DNA of 64,000 nt, from positions 224,001 through 288,000 of the forward strand of contig JBEPYN010000002.1 in NCBI GenBank assembly GCA_041641305.1, given 5' to 3'. The position numbers and the translations under genes are program-made. Numbering within the stretch: the first letter of the stretch is position 1; the number at the start of each line of letters is the position of its first letter. A model generated the notes under the pieces. That model was given only the letters and a program-made list of their open reading frames with translations, did not search any database and was not told the origin of the DNA. The stretch is from Nitrososphaerota archaeon (GTDB lineage Archaea > Thermoproteota > Nitrososphaeria_A > Caldarchaeales > Caldarchaeaceae). Below, in pieces: positions 1 through 10,169 of this stretch.

Positions 1-93
1 CCGCAGCTCCTCCATCACCCAACCCGAAACAAGTTCCACACCAATCTATGCCGCAGGGTGTGTGATGTTTTGATATAGTGGCGGGTTTGTTGT

Positions 94-1125
94 TTGGCTG
101 GGTTGAGTCGGGTGGTGGATGTTTTGCTTGTTTCTCCGACGGCGAGTGGGTTGGGAGGGGTGGCTAGGCATGTTTCTGGACTGGCTGCGAGGCTTGAGGC
201 GGCCGGCTACCGGGTGGCCGTGGTCTCCTCCGAGAACACCCCTATTGTTAAAGTTAAGGGTTTGAAGAACCCTACTTTCATGTTATCCTCCATGTTTTCT
301 GCTCTTTTCCGCAGGGCCTCTGTTGTCCACGCCCACAACGTGCCATCATGTCTCGCGATGAGAACGGCTTCTGCGGCTAGAAGGGTTTTGACCATGCATG
401 GGGCTTATGCCGAGCAGGTGGGTTTTTTGCATGGCTCGTTGGTGGGCTGGGTTGCTTCACGGCTTGAGAAAACGGCTTTGAAATGGGCTGATGCGGTGAC
501 CGCTGTTTCGAGGAAGACGGCTGAGTTTTATCGCTTGAGAGGCGTTGATGTGGTCTATATCCCTAACGCCGTAGACGTGGGGCTGCATGTCGAGGGAATT
601 AGGCTTGGTCATCCTCAGGTTGTTTATGTTGGACGGTTGTCGCGTGAGAAAAACGTGGCCATGCTTGTGGAGGCTGCCCGCCGTTTGCAGGAGGCGAGGT
701 TCGTGATCGTCGGCGACGGGCCTGAGAAGCCTTTTCTCGAGAAAGCTGCTCAGAATCTTTCCAACGTGGTTTTCACGGGAGCGGTTGAACATGAGAAGGC
801 CCTGGGCTACATCGCCGGCTCCGACATCCTCGTCTTGCCATCGGTTGCAGAAGGTATGAGCACTGTTCTTCTCGAGGCGATGGCGCTGAAGACACCTGTC
901 GTGGCTACAGCTGTTGGCGGGAACACGGAGCTTATCCAACATGGTGAAACAGGGTTGTTAGTCGACGCCGGCGACCCCGACCAACTCATAGAAGCAATAG
1001 CACATCTTCTAAACAACCCCGCCGAAGCGAAGCGTCTCGCAGAGAAAGCTTACCAAAACGTGGTTAACCAATTTTCCTGGGACGCGGTTTTTCCACAGTA
1101 TCTCAGGGTGTATGGGCTTGGATAA
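94..1125 (+). CDS. Glycosyltransferase family 4 (GT-B)
   Basis: GGVARH N-terminal motif, VHAH, YVGRLSREKN, LPSVAEGMSTVLLEAMA (E-x7-E) motifs. Confidence 0.9.
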   Translation: MAGLSRVVDVLLVSPTASGLGGVARHVSGLAARLEAAGYRVAVVSSENTPIVKVKGLKNPTFMLSSMFSALFRRASVVHAHNVPSCLAMRTASAARRVLTMHGAYAEQVGFLHGSLVGWVASRLEKTALKWADAVTAVSRKTAEFYRLRGVDVVYIPNAVDVGLHVEGIRLGHPQVVYVGRLSREKNVAMLVEAARRLQEARFVIVGDGPEKPFLEKAAQNLSNVVFTGAVEHEKALGYIAGSDILVLPSVAEGMSTVLLEAMALKTPVVATAVGGNTELIQHGETGLLVDAGDPDQLIEAIAHLLNNPAEAKRLAEKAYQNVVNQFSWDAVFPQYLRVYGLG

Positions 1126-2032
1126 CGTGATGGTCACCGGTGGAGCCGGGTTCATCGGCGGCGTCCTTGTAAAGCATTTGCTGGAAAACGGGGTCCGTGT
1201 AAAGGTGGTCGACGACTTTTCGACGGGAAAATGGGAAAATCTCCCAACCTCCCCTGACCTGAAAGTGTTTGTCCACGACGTCGCGGCTCGACATGGGTTG
1301 GCCGAGTTTTTTGACAAGGTTGATGCCGTGGTTCATCTGGCAGCCATTCCATCGGTGCCCGCGTGTGAAAAGAATGTTCAGAGAGCGTTTGAGGTCAACG
1401 TCATGGGTCTGGAGAATGTTCTGGAGACATGTGTGAAGAGAGGTGTGAGTAAACTTGTTTTCACTTCTTCTGCGGCGGTTTACGGCGACGCCGAAGGCGT
1501 GTTGAGAGAGGACGCTGAGACACGGCCTTTTTCTGTCTATGGTTGGACAAAGCTAATCGGCGAAGAGATGCTCAGAAGCTTCGGCGAAAAACATGGCGTC
1601 GAGGCGGTGGCTCTACGGGTCTTCAACGTGTATGGGAGAAACAGCACGTCAGGGTTTCTCGGCGTCGTCGACCAATTCATAGCAGACGCAGCGTCAGGCA
1701 AACCCTTACACATACATGGAGACGGTGGACAGGTGCGGGACTTCATCCACGTAAACGACGTAGCCAAGGCAATACTCCTCGCTCTCGAAAAAACGCTGAA
1801 AAAATTTGAAACCATCAACATCGGCACAGGCCAGCCAACATCCATCAAGAGCCTCGCCGAAAAAGTTTTGACGGCCTTCGGACGCAGAGCTTCAGACATA
1901 GTATATGAACCAGCCCGCAGGGGCGACATCAGATACAGCGTCGCAGACATCTCCAAAGCACATCAGCTGCTTGGCTTCAGCCCCAAAACAACGCTGGACA
2001 CATACCTGGCGTCACGCGCCCCAGTACGTTGA
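1112..2032 (+). CDS. NAD-dependent epimerase/dehydratase (UDP-glucose 4-epimerase-like)
   Basis: VTGGAGFIG, HLAA, SSAAVYG, YGWTK (YxxxK), RVFNVYG, RDFIHV. Confidence 0.92.
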   Translation: MGLDNVMVTGGAGFIGGVLVKHLLENGVRVKVVDDFSTGKWENLPTSPDLKVFVHDVAARHGLAEFFDKVDAVVHLAAIPSVPACEKNVQRAFEVNVMGLENVLETCVKRGVSKLVFTSSAAVYGDAEGVLREDAETRPFSVYGWTKLIGEEMLRSFGEKHGVEAVALRVFNVYGRNSTSGFLGVVDQFIADAASGKPLHIHGDGGQVRDFIHVNDVAKAILLALEKTLKKFETINIGTGQPTSIKSLAEKVLTAFGRRASDIVYEPARRGDIRYSVADISKAHQLLGFSPKTTLDTYLASRAPVR

Positions 2033-2187
2033 TGCCATGACATAGTTGATTGGGGGCATAGCCAGAGTAAACAGTTTGTTGTGTCTTGTTTGGGGAGAAG
2101 ACATCAATACGCATGTTTTTCGGGATAGGTGTTTCAGATAAAAGCCATGTCTTTAAATTCTGGCCCGCTGCTCCACGGCCGTGGACG

Positions 2188-3171
2188 ATGTTGCGTGAGC
2201 AGCTTACACGTGATAAGCTTTTCAAAATGCTGCGTAAAATGATTGAGATTAGGTTGTTTGAGGAGCGTGTGGAGAAGCTTTATCGTGAGGGGCGGATTAT
2301 TGGGCCGACCCATCTATACTTTGGTCAGGAGGCTGTCGCCGTCGGTGTCATAGAGGCTCTGGACAAGGATGATGTGGTTATCTCAACCTACCGAGGGCAT
2401 GGACATGGGATAGCGCGTGGAGTTCCGATGAAAGCCATCCTCGGCGAGATATTGGGAAAAGCAGTTGGGACATGCAAGGGTTTGGGAGGCTCTATGCATG
2501 CACCCATCTCTGTGGAGCACAACATTCCGCTGGCCACAGCCATCGTGGGAAGCGGCATACCAATTGCCGTGGGCGTCGGCCTCGCCTTCAAGTACAGGGA
2601 GAAGAACAACGTCGCAACGGTCTTCTTTGGCGACGGCGCAGTCAACACAGGCGCTTTCCATGAGGCGCTCAACCTCGCGGCCGTTTGGAAGCTTCCCGTC
2701 CTGTTTGTCTGCGAAAACAACCTCTACGCCATGTACACATCGCTCAAAAACGTTCTCGCCGCCGAGAGCATAGCCGCGAGGGCCTCAAGCTACGGCATCC
2801 CATCCTACGTTGCGTTCGGCAACGACGTCCTCGAGGTCTATGAAACGACGTCTAAGGCTTTGGAGAAGATAAGAAACCAGTCAGGCCCAGCGTTTATAGA
2901 GTGTAGAACCTATAGGCAGAAGGGCCACGGCGGATACGACTTCGGCACATGGTATAGGGCTAAGGAGGAGATTGAGGAGTGGCTGCGCCGCGACCCGATA
3001 AACATGCTCGCTGAGAGGATGAAGGCCAACGGCCTCATTACCGACGAGGACCGGAAGAAAATAGAGGAGGAAGTGGCGGCGGAGCTCGACAAAGTCGTCG
3101 AGGAGGTGCTCAACTCACCCGTCTATGACTTCGAGAAACTTTCCTCGCTTGTTTACGCCAACCCGCCTTAG
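2188..3171 (+). CDS. pdhA: 2-oxoacid/acetoin dehydrogenase E1 alpha subunit (TPP-binding)
   Basis: GQEA, YRGHGH, GGSMH, FGDGA...ENNLYA TPP motif; ATG 2188 preferred (TTTAAA about 30 nt upstream); substrate not determinable. Confidence 0.9.
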   Translation: MLREQLTRDKLFKMLRKMIEIRLFEERVEKLYREGRIIGPTHLYFGQEAVAVGVIEALDKDDVVISTYRGHGHGIARGVPMKAILGEILGKAVGTCKGLGGSMHAPISVEHNIPLATAIVGSGIPIAVGVGLAFKYREKNNVATVFFGDGAVNTGAFHEALNLAAVWKLPVLFVCENNLYAMYTSLKNVLAAESIAARASSYGIPSYVAFGNDVLEVYETTSKALEKIRNQSGPAFIECRTYRQKGHGGYDFGTWYRAKEEIEEWLRRDPINMLAERMKANGLITDEDRKKIEEEVAAELDKVVEEVLNSPVYDFEKLSSLVYANPP

Positions 3172-4179
3172 GTGAGTGGTTTGACGATGCGTGAGCTTAC
3201 CTATGTGGAGGCGTTGAACGAGGCGTTGCGTGAGGAGATGCGGCGTGACGACTCGGTCATAGTCTTCGGTGAAGAGGTGGCGGCGGCCGGCGGCGTCTAC
3301 AAAGTGACGAAAGACCTTTTGAAAGAGTTTGGGCCGAAAAGAGTGATGGACACCCCGATATCGGAGATAGCTATCGTGGGTGCGGCTATTGGAGCGGCGT
3401 TGAACGGTCTCAGGCCCGTGGCTGAGATAATGTTTTTCGACTTCGTCGGCATAGCTTTTGACCAGCTTGTCACACATGCTTCGAAGATGCGTTTCATGAG
3501 CGGTGGACAAGTTAAGCTCCCTCTCGTCGTCAGAACTCAGTACAGTCTGGGAAGGTCTTATGGCAGCCAGCATACACAGTTTTTGGCGGCGTCGCTTCTG
3601 CAGGCCCCGGGCCTCAAGATAGTTGCTCCCGCTACCCCCTATGACGCTAAGGGGTTGCTCAAATCCTCGATAAGGGATGATGACCCTGTGTTGTTCGTGG
3701 AGAGCGGCGCCCTTTACGTGAACAAAAGCTACTACGGCTACAAAGGCCCTGTTCCCGAGGAAGAATACCTGATACCTATTGGGAGAGCCGACGTCAAACG
3801 TGTTGGCGACGACGTTACCATAGTCGCTGTCTCACGAACCGTGTCCGAAGCCATGGCCGCCGCAAGCCAGCTCGAGGAAAAAGGCATCAAAGCCGAGGTC
3901 GTCGACCTCAGAACAATAATGCCGATGGACTATGAGACGATAATTAACTCAGTCAAGAAAACCAACAGACTGGTTATTGCGGAGGATAGTGTGAAGACGG
4001 GAGGGATATCAGCCGAGGTGGCGAGCCATGTCTGCGAATATGCTTTCGAGTATCTCGAGGCGCCTATTGTGAGGATTAACTCGCCGCCTATGCCTGCTCC
4101 TCAGGCGTATGAGCTGGAGAAGAAATTCATGGTGTCTGCTGAGAAGATTGTGGACGCCGTTACAAGGCTTGTGAAGTAG
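3172..4179 (+). CDS. pdhB: 2-oxoacid/acetoin dehydrogenase E1 beta subunit
   Basis: DTPISE, RPVAEIMFFDF, PATPYDAKGLL, EVVDLRT; abuts the alpha gene. Confidence 0.9.
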   Translation: MSGLTMRELTYVEALNEALREEMRRDDSVIVFGEEVAAAGGVYKVTKDLLKEFGPKRVMDTPISEIAIVGAAIGAALNGLRPVAEIMFFDFVGIAFDQLVTHASKMRFMSGGQVKLPLVVRTQYSLGRSYGSQHTQFLAASLLQAPGLKIVAPATPYDAKGLLKSSIRDDDPVLFVESGALYVNKSYYGYKGPVPEEEYLIPIGRADVKRVGDDVTIVAVSRTVSEAMAAASQLEEKGIKAEVVDLRTIMPMDYETIINSVKKTNRLVIAEDSVKTGGISAEVASHVCEYAFEYLEAPIVRINSPPMPAPQAYELEKKFMVSAEKIVDAVTRLVK

Positions 4180-4183
4180 AGCA

Positions 4184-4432
4184 TTATTTGTCCACTTCTA
4201 TTTCAGCGATTGTTTCACCTACTTTCACTTCTTCGCCGACGTTGTGCAGTATTTTCGTTAATACGCCGTCTACCTCCGAAGTTATCTCGACGGCTGCTTT
4301 CTCGGTCTCCACGATAGCCACCACTTCTCCCCTACTCACACGGTCACCCACCTTCTTAACCCACTCACTTATCCGCCCAGACTCCATCGCCACATCAATA
4401 CGTGGAAGAACAACCTTGTAAACACCGGTCAT
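4184..4432 (-). CDS. Stand-alone lipoyl-carrier domain protein
   Basis: WVKKVGDRV...VETEKAAVEI...GVLTKI lipoyl fold with acceptor Lys in ETEKA; ATG 4432 with TTTATAAG about 25 nt upstream. Confidence 0.88.
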   Translation of the reverse strand: MTGVYKVVLPRIDVAMESGRISEWVKKVGDRVSRGEVVAIVETEKAAVEITSEVDGVLTKILHNVGEEVKVGETIAEIEVDK

Positions 4433-4552
4433 GAATGGCCTCATCCACATCTGCTTATAAACCATGTATGTTGCAGCGGGGTGAGAGGTTTAGGGGTTTT
4501 GTGGATGCGGCTTAAAATATAACTGCAGGATTTCTAGCACTAGGGATGGGGC

Positions 4553-5236
4553 ATGGTTCTGTCTGCCAAGATTTTCGAGATTAAGCAGCCGACTTCTTTC
4601 GATGAGATAGCGGCTAAGCTGCGTGATTTCAGGGTTGTTGAGCATCAGAAGCATGGTGATGTTGATTTTGAGCTTGTGACGGATGTTTCGAAGCTGGATT
4701 TGAGGGATGGGATGCTTTTCGGCCTTTTCTCACGTGATAAGGTGATTTATGTCAACCAGCGGGGCGAGGTTAAGCCCGTTCTCAAAACTATACAGGCCAC
4801 AGTCTTCTTCCACAATCAGAACAACAAAACCTATCTCACGGTTGTGCAGAACAAGCACTTCGCCAACTATGTCGCCAGCGTCCTGTCGCACCATCTTTTC
4901 CTCAACTACCGCAGCATAGTCGAGGCGCGGATACCTTCGGAGAACCTGCAGAGATACCATGAGGCAAACCCCGAGGCTACTAAGGTGATTTTCTTCGACA
5001 GCCTCGACTATCCCGGCGTGGATAAGGTGGCCCTCTACGGCCCCTCGCTAATCTCCACAGGAAAGTATGAAGAGTATCTGGCTCACGGCAAGATCTGGTA
5101 TCTTGTCTTCTCGGTGAAGGGCTCCAACGCCGTTTTGGGTGTGACGAGGAACTGTGTGGTAGTCTCCTTCTCACGGATGTCTGAGGCCCAGTTCATCGAA
5201 TATGTTGTAGCGAATGTTTTTCCTCTCATGGGTTAG
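4553..5236 (+). CDS. Hypothetical protein (227 aa)
   Basis: Long ORF with host-like codon use and an AT-rich TATA-like element upstream; no family recognised. Confidence 0.75.
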   Translation: MVLSAKIFEIKQPTSFDEIAAKLRDFRVVEHQKHGDVDFELVTDVSKLDLRDGMLFGLFSRDKVIYVNQRGEVKPVLKTIQATVFFHNQNNKTYLTVVQNKHFANYVASVLSHHLFLNYRSIVEARIPSENLQRYHEANPEATKVIFFDSLDYPGVDKVALYGPSLISTGKYEEYLAHGKIWYLVFSVKGSNAVLGVTRNCVVVSFSRMSEAQFIEYVVANVFPLMG

Positions 5237-5976
5237 ATTGCGGCGGCTGCCGCGGCTTCCGAGAGCTTTGTGTAAACTCTTTCCATGATGTGTGATGCGA
5301 GGGGCTCTGCTTTCGCGGGGTTGATTACGTAGAGTGTGAGGCGGAGTGTTACGTATGGGTCTTCTATCTTCTCGACGCGGACTTCGGGCGCTCTGTTGGG
5401 CGCCGCCTCTGCTTTGGCGATGTCTGTCCCGGTCTTAAGCAGGATTAGCTTGGCGTCTGGGATGCTTATTCTTCTGCCGTCAATCTTTATCCTCACAAAC
5501 AGCACACCTGCTCCCGATTTGGTGAAGTTGACTATTTTCTCGGAGAGCAATCTATCGTTGGGTATGTATAGTTTCCTGAGGTCTGAGGTTGTCAGAATTA
5601 TGTGTGTTGCCTTGACCTCAGTTACTCGTGCGACGCGGCCACCTATCGATACATAGTCGCCCTCACGTAGTACGCCGACGGCTTTCATGATGTCGCCGAG
5701 GGCCATGAGCTTGAGGGGCCTGAAGCATAGCGCGGTGAATAAAACTAGGCCCGCTCCAGCCGCGGCCGCCACCCATGTATCAGCCTGCTGAACAACCTTC
5801 GCCACCGCAATCAGGTAAGCCGAGACAAGGGCCCCAACCCGCAGCGCTCCACCAATCCGCTGAGACACAAGGTCGACGAGAGGCGCGAAAAACATTCTCA
5901 GCAGAAGAAAAAGTCCTACTGCCGAGGCTATCCAGAGAACCGTCTCCAAAATCGACGTGAGCTGGAGCTGTATCAT
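5233..5976 (-). CDS. Small-conductance mechanosensitive channel (MscS family)
   Basis: N-terminal TM helices then GDYVSIGG...V.EV.......T.D.RKLYIPN..L....IVNFT MscS beta-domain signature. Confidence 0.8.
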   Translation of the reverse strand: MIQLQLTSILETVLWIASAVGLFLLLRMFFAPLVDLVSQRIGGALRVGALVSAYLIAVAKVVQQADTWVAAAAGAGLVLFTALCFRPLKLMALGDIMKAVGVLREGDYVSIGGRVARVTEVKATHIILTTSDLRKLYIPNDRLLSEKIVNFTKSGAGVLFVRIKIDGRRISIPDAKLILLKTGTDIAKAEAAPNRAPEVRVEKIEDPYVTLRLTLYVINPAKAEPLASHIMERVYTKLSEAAAAAAI

Positions 5977-6068
5977 GCGGTGGCCGTCGTGTAAGGGCCT
6001 GTTTTACGTTTTGCAAAGATGAGGGGAATTTAGTGTGCTGTGGTTGCTACGGAGCAGTTACCACGGTC

Positions 6069-6314
6069 TTACTTGTACATGTTTTCGAAGAGCTCGAGGC
6101 TGGGGTCCCGTCCCAGTTCAGAGGTTTTGATGAGCTTCGCGGTCGGTGACTTGGCTTTCTTGATGACGTAGACCACGGGTGTGCAGTATGGGCAGCGTGT
6201 GTCGGGGCCCTTCGTAAGCTTCTCCTTCTCAAAGACCCTGCCGCATTTTACGCACTGGTAAAGTGGCCGCGACTCGTAGAGCGGTTCCCCCATCCGTCTG
6301 CACCTGCTACCCAT
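6069..6314 (-). CDS. rpoP: Zn-ribbon protein resembling RNA polymerase subunit P (Rpo12)
   Basis: YQCVKCGR...RCPYC...IKKAKSP pattern matches Rpo12; start may be ATG 6293. Confidence 0.6.
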   Translation of the reverse strand: MGSRCRRMGEPLYESRPLYQCVKCGRVFEKEKLTKGPDTRCPYCTPVVYVIKKAKSPTAKLIKTSELGRDPSLELFENMYK

Positions 6315-6375
6315 GTCTTGTTTCCTGTAATTAAGTGTTCTCGCGTGATTTGCGGAAACGTATTTTAGCTTATAG

Positions 6376-8019
6376 TTGCTGTGGCTGGTTAGATTGAGGA
6401 GTTACGGGTTTTACGGAGTTGTATTCGTTTCGGGAGCGGTTGCGATGAGCTTGGAGATGGCTGCCAGCCGTCTTCTCGCGCCTGTTTTCGGCAACACGAT
6501 ATTTGTCTGGGGGAGCTTGATTGGAGTTGTTCTCGCGTCGCTGGCAATAGGATACAGACTGGGCGGTGTGCTGGCTGACCGTAGGCCGAGCATCAACATG
6601 CTTGCGGCGATAGCGTTTACCGGCGGGCTGCTCACCTTCGCCATACCCTTCTTCTCCCCCATGGTCCTCGAAGCAGCCGCAGCAGCCCGTCTCGACGAAA
6701 AAACTGGGCCACTCATAGCAACGGCCATTCTCCTCGCGCCTCCTACAATTCCCATGGGGATGGTTTCACCATACGCCGTCAAGCTTCTGGCTCAGACACG
6801 TGGGAAAGTAGGTGTCTCGGCTGGAGACATTTACTCGCTCTCGACGGTCGGCAGCATCGCCGGCACCTTCCTAACAGTCTTTGCGCTTCTCCCCAGCCTC
6901 GACGTCAGAACAGTTGTATTGGGGAGCGGCGCAGCACTCATGATAACTGCGGCGCTCTATCTCTCCAAGACGGTGAAGATATTCACGGCGCTGCTTCTGC
7001 TCATCGCGTTGACGCCCGTGGGCTACTTCGCACAGGGCTTGACCGCCGCCGGTGGAGAAGTTCTCTACAGCCGTGAAACCCTCTACAACAGCCTCGCAGT
7101 CGTCAAACAAGGCGACATAGTCACCCTCTACCTGAACGGGTTACCGCACAGCACCACCTCGGAGACAGACCCCGCTAAACTCATCTTCCCCTACACCCGC
7201 TTCTTCGAACTCGGCCTCGCCCTCAAACCAGACGCAGAAAAAACCCTCTTCATAGGAGGCGGAGGACTCAGCGGCCCAAAATACTTTCTCAAAAACTATC
7301 CAGATGTCAGAGTTGACGTTGTGGAGATAGATTCCGACGTCGTCGAGACAGCGCGGAGATTTTTCCACGTCCCCGAGGACAGTCGGCTGAGAATCTTCGT
7401 CGACGACGCACGGATGTTTCTCACAAAAACCGATGAGAAATACGATGTCTTCATAATGGATGCATACTCGAAAACCTATGTCCCGTTCCACCTAATGACT
7501 ATCGAGTTTTACCAGCTTCTCCGCCAGAAAATGACAGACGACGGGGTCTTGGTCGCCAACCTGATAGCGTCTCTCACCGGCGACACGTCGGAGATATTCT
7601 GGGCTCAGTACCGCACCGTTTCACAGGTTTTCCCCAAGCTCTACGTCTTCAAAGCCTCCGAAAGCGGTGGAAGCTTTGTCCAAAACCTGATACTGGTAGC
7701 CTGCGCATCTACAACATGTGACTTGGAACAGGCCGTCACACGTGTCAAGGACGAGTGGCTTGCTGAAAAAATCATGTCAAACAGGTGGACAACCATACCC
7801 GCTCTCGAGGAATACCCCGTTCTCACCGACTCATACGCACCCGTGGAGAGGATGATCAACCCCATAACAGGAAAACCCTACTCAATTGAGCTGGAGGATG
7901 CTGGAGTAACGCCGGCCACTCTAACCTACGTGGGCAGCAACGCCCTCTCACTAGCAACAATCATTCTAGCCATCTTCATTTGGCTCTTCGCCCTCGTTCA
8001 ACGCGTCATCCAGTTGTGA
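6376..8019 (+). CDS. Fused membrane domain/spermidine synthase-like methyltransferase
   Basis: Multi-TM N-terminus (FVSGAVAMSLE...FGNTI..W) plus IGGGG, VVEID, DDAR, DVFIMDAY SAM-type domain. Confidence 0.88.
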   Translation: MLWLVRLRSYGFYGVVFVSGAVAMSLEMAASRLLAPVFGNTIFVWGSLIGVVLASLAIGYRLGGVLADRRPSINMLAAIAFTGGLLTFAIPFFSPMVLEAAAAARLDEKTGPLIATAILLAPPTIPMGMVSPYAVKLLAQTRGKVGVSAGDIYSLSTVGSIAGTFLTVFALLPSLDVRTVVLGSGAALMITAALYLSKTVKIFTALLLLIALTPVGYFAQGLTAAGGEVLYSRETLYNSLAVVKQGDIVTLYLNGLPHSTTSETDPAKLIFPYTRFFELGLALKPDAEKTLFIGGGGLSGPKYFLKNYPDVRVDVVEIDSDVVETARRFFHVPEDSRLRIFVDDARMFLTKTDEKYDVFIMDAYSKTYVPFHLMTIEFYQLLRQKMTDDGVLVANLIASLTGDTSEIFWAQYRTVSQVFPKLYVFKASESGGSFVQNLILVACASTTCDLEQAVTRVKDEWLAEKIMSNRWTTIPALEEYPVLTDSYAPVERMINPITGKPYSIELEDAGVTPATLTYVGSNALSLATIILAIFIWLFALVQRVIQL

Positions 8020-8040
8020 ATATGTTTAAAAACCTGGCTC

Positions 8041-8700
8041 ATGTTTTTTCTCATGTTGTTATTCGCCGACAGGGTTGACGCGGGGCAGAAGCTTGCAAAA
8101 TATCTGAAGAGGCTCTATCAGGGAACGTGTGTGGTTCTCGGGATTCCGCGTGGTGGCGTGGTTATTGGGTATGAGGTGGCTAAGGAGCTGAAGTGTCCGC
8201 TTGACGTGGTTATCACCCGTAAGATTGGTGTGCCCGGTCAGCCTGAGCTAGCAGTCGGCGCGGTCGCCGAAGATGGAACAGTTTTCGTAGACGAGGAAAT
8301 AGCCGCAATCGTGGGTGTTTCGCGTGAGTATGTGGAGAAGAAGGCCTTGGAGGAGATGTGGGAGGTTCGGCGAAGGGCCATGCTCTACAGAGGCGGAAAA
8401 CCCATGCAGCCGCTCATAGACATGAGGGTTGTAATCGTCGACGACGGCCTCGCAACAGGGCTAACAATGAAGGCCGCCGTCCACATGGCCCGTAACCAAC
8501 GCGCCGGAAAAGTCGTAGTGGCCGTCCCCGTCGCACCCCCAGAAACAGTTGAAAAACTCAAGAAAATAGCCGACGACGTTGTCGTCCTCGAGACGCCCAC
8601 AAACTTCTTCGCCATCGGCCAGTTCTATGAAAGGTTTGACCAGCTCAGCGACGAAGAGGTTTTAGAAATCCTGCGTAAAGCCTCTATGGAGGTGGGATAG
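8041..8700 (+). CDS. Predicted phosphoribosyltransferase (COG1926-like)
   Basis: FADRVDAG, LGIPRGG, RKIGVPGQPELAVGA, IVDDGLATG, AVPVAP. Confidence 0.9.
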   Translation: MFFLMLLFADRVDAGQKLAKYLKRLYQGTCVVLGIPRGGVVIGYEVAKELKCPLDVVITRKIGVPGQPELAVGAVAEDGTVFVDEEIAAIVGVSREYVEKKALEEMWEVRRRAMLYRGGKPMQPLIDMRVVIVDDGLATGLTMKAAVHMARNQRAGKVVVAVPVAPPETVEKLKKIADDVVVLETPTNFFAIGQFYERFDQLSDEEVLEILRKASMEVG

Positions 8701-8702
8701 AG

Positions 8703-8933
8703 TTGCAGCAGGATCTTGTAACGGGTTGGACAACTTTTCTAGGCCTCCTGCTGATAATCGTCGGCGCAGCCCTGATAGCCATCCCCTTCCTCACACGCTA
8801 CCTAGGCGACCTCGAGAAAATCCACCCACTTCTATTGATAGGGGTAAAGCTAGACGGCCTATACATCGGGACCTCGCCAATACTGATCATAGCCTTGGTG
8901 ATATTATTTATGCTGCTGAGGAACTATCTCTAA
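8703..8933 (+). CDS. Small two-TM membrane protein (DUF2905-like)
   Basis: Two hydrophobic helices; 2 bp after PRT stop, overlaps rps19e stop. Confidence 0.65.
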   Translation: MQQDLVTGWTTFLGLLLIIVGAALIAIPFLTRYLGDLEKIHPLLLIGVKLDGLYIGTSPILIIALVILFMLLRNYL

Positions 8934-9361
8934 CTCTCTTTGCCCTGCTGAATGCTTTTGGCGGCTTGTTCGAGGAGTTTGATGCCCTTGGGTGTGATGG
9001 CGCGGCCTTTTCTGGGAATCGTCGAGACGAGCTCTGCTTTCTCCAGCTGCTGCATTATTTTCCTCACAACTGCTCCGCCGCCCTTGGCGAAGTAGGGCGA
9101 GGCCATGCCTACACGATGCCGCCCCCCATAAAATTTCCTCATCCGTGACACGCCCAAAGGGCCGTAAAGATATAGTTTACGTAGAATAGACGCAGCCCTC
9201 ACAAACCACCAGTCAGGGTTACGGGGAGGCTCCTCCCGCGCAACCGAGGTTTTGACGAACATGGCCCACGGCGGCGGAGTGACCACCTGGTTATTCTTGA
9301 GATATGCAGCTACACGGTTTATCAGCTTCTCCGGCTCAACTGCACGCACCACGTCGACCAA
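8930..9361 (-). CDS. rps19e: 30S ribosomal protein S19e
   Basis: PPPWAMFVKTS..RE.PP...DWWFVRAASILRKLY, YGGR. Confidence 0.97.
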   Translation of the reverse strand: MVDVVRAVEPEKLINRVAAYLKNNQVVTPPPWAMFVKTSVAREEPPRNPDWWFVRAASILRKLYLYGPLGVSRMRKFYGGRHRVGMASPYFAKGGGAVVRKIMQQLEKAELVSTIPRKGRAITPKGIKLLEQAAKSIQQGKES

Positions 9362-9453
9362 CTCTAACTCAACAGCATACTCCGTCCCTATTTGAACTTA
9401 AAGAGCCATAATTATGTCTCAACGCCTAGATCCGTAATGTCAAGAATCTCTGC

Positions 9454-9804
9454 TCAAACAATCCCCTCCTTTTGGGTTAGTTTGGCGGGTTTCGATGTTT
9501 TTCGGCGCTTTAAGGCGTAGAACCTTCTCGTGTGGCCGCAGGTTTTGCAGCGTACGACAACGTGGGTTGCACGTTTTCCTCTAACCCTCACGGAGAAGGT
9601 GGAGGGTCCTGTCCAAGGTGTTCCACATTTTCTGCAGAAGCGTCTTCTTAGCTGAGGTGGTAGACGCAGCCTTGTTTTCTGCGCGACCCGCATCGCAAGC
9701 CTTACCGCTTCAACGGCTTTCTCACCACCATCCGGGTAAATAGTCTCAGCGAAGTCAAGAATCTTTTTCACAAGCCTAAGGACCCTCTGCCTATCCCTTC
9801 TCAA
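9454..9804 (-). CDS. rnp4: Ribonuclease P protein component 4 (Rpp21)
   Basis: RLRLP...RRRFCRKC...VRVR....VVRCKTCG..RRF Zn ribbon; next to rps19e. Confidence 0.9.
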   Translation of the reverse strand: MRRDRQRVLRLVKKILDFAETIYPDGGEKAVEAVRLAMRVAQKTRLRLPPQLRRRFCRKCGTPWTGPSTFSVRVRGKRATHVVVRCKTCGHTRRFYALKRRKTSKPAKLTQKEGIV

Positions 9805-10169
9805 CCGCGCCCAACAATATAGATGCCCATTGTTATGTTTTTAATGGCTATAGTGGGTGGGGCGTTGAACTATTGACATAATGGAGTCTCCTTTAGGCAT
9901 TTTGAATCCTTGGAGGTGGCTTAGAAAAAGTTCTGCGAAGATATTTCATGTGGGGTAGAGCTGCTTTCATCCCCAATTTACAGGCGAGCGGAAAATCCTG
10001 CCACAGCCTTTGAACCCGTTAAACAAGCAAAAATCTACGACCCGGCGCAAAAGTGGCCGTAGGCCTCTGAATATCAAAACTGTCACATCGGCAAAGCATA
10101 GAACAGTTGGTTGAGATGCTGGAAAAACCTTTATGAGTTGTTGGATGTGTATGTGGGTTAGTTTGGTTA

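Noticed and set aside
9964-9985. CTTTCATCCCC as a degenerate CRISPR repeat upstream of csa1
   Set aside because: Only about 9 bases match, the 3' half is absent and there is no periodic partner.
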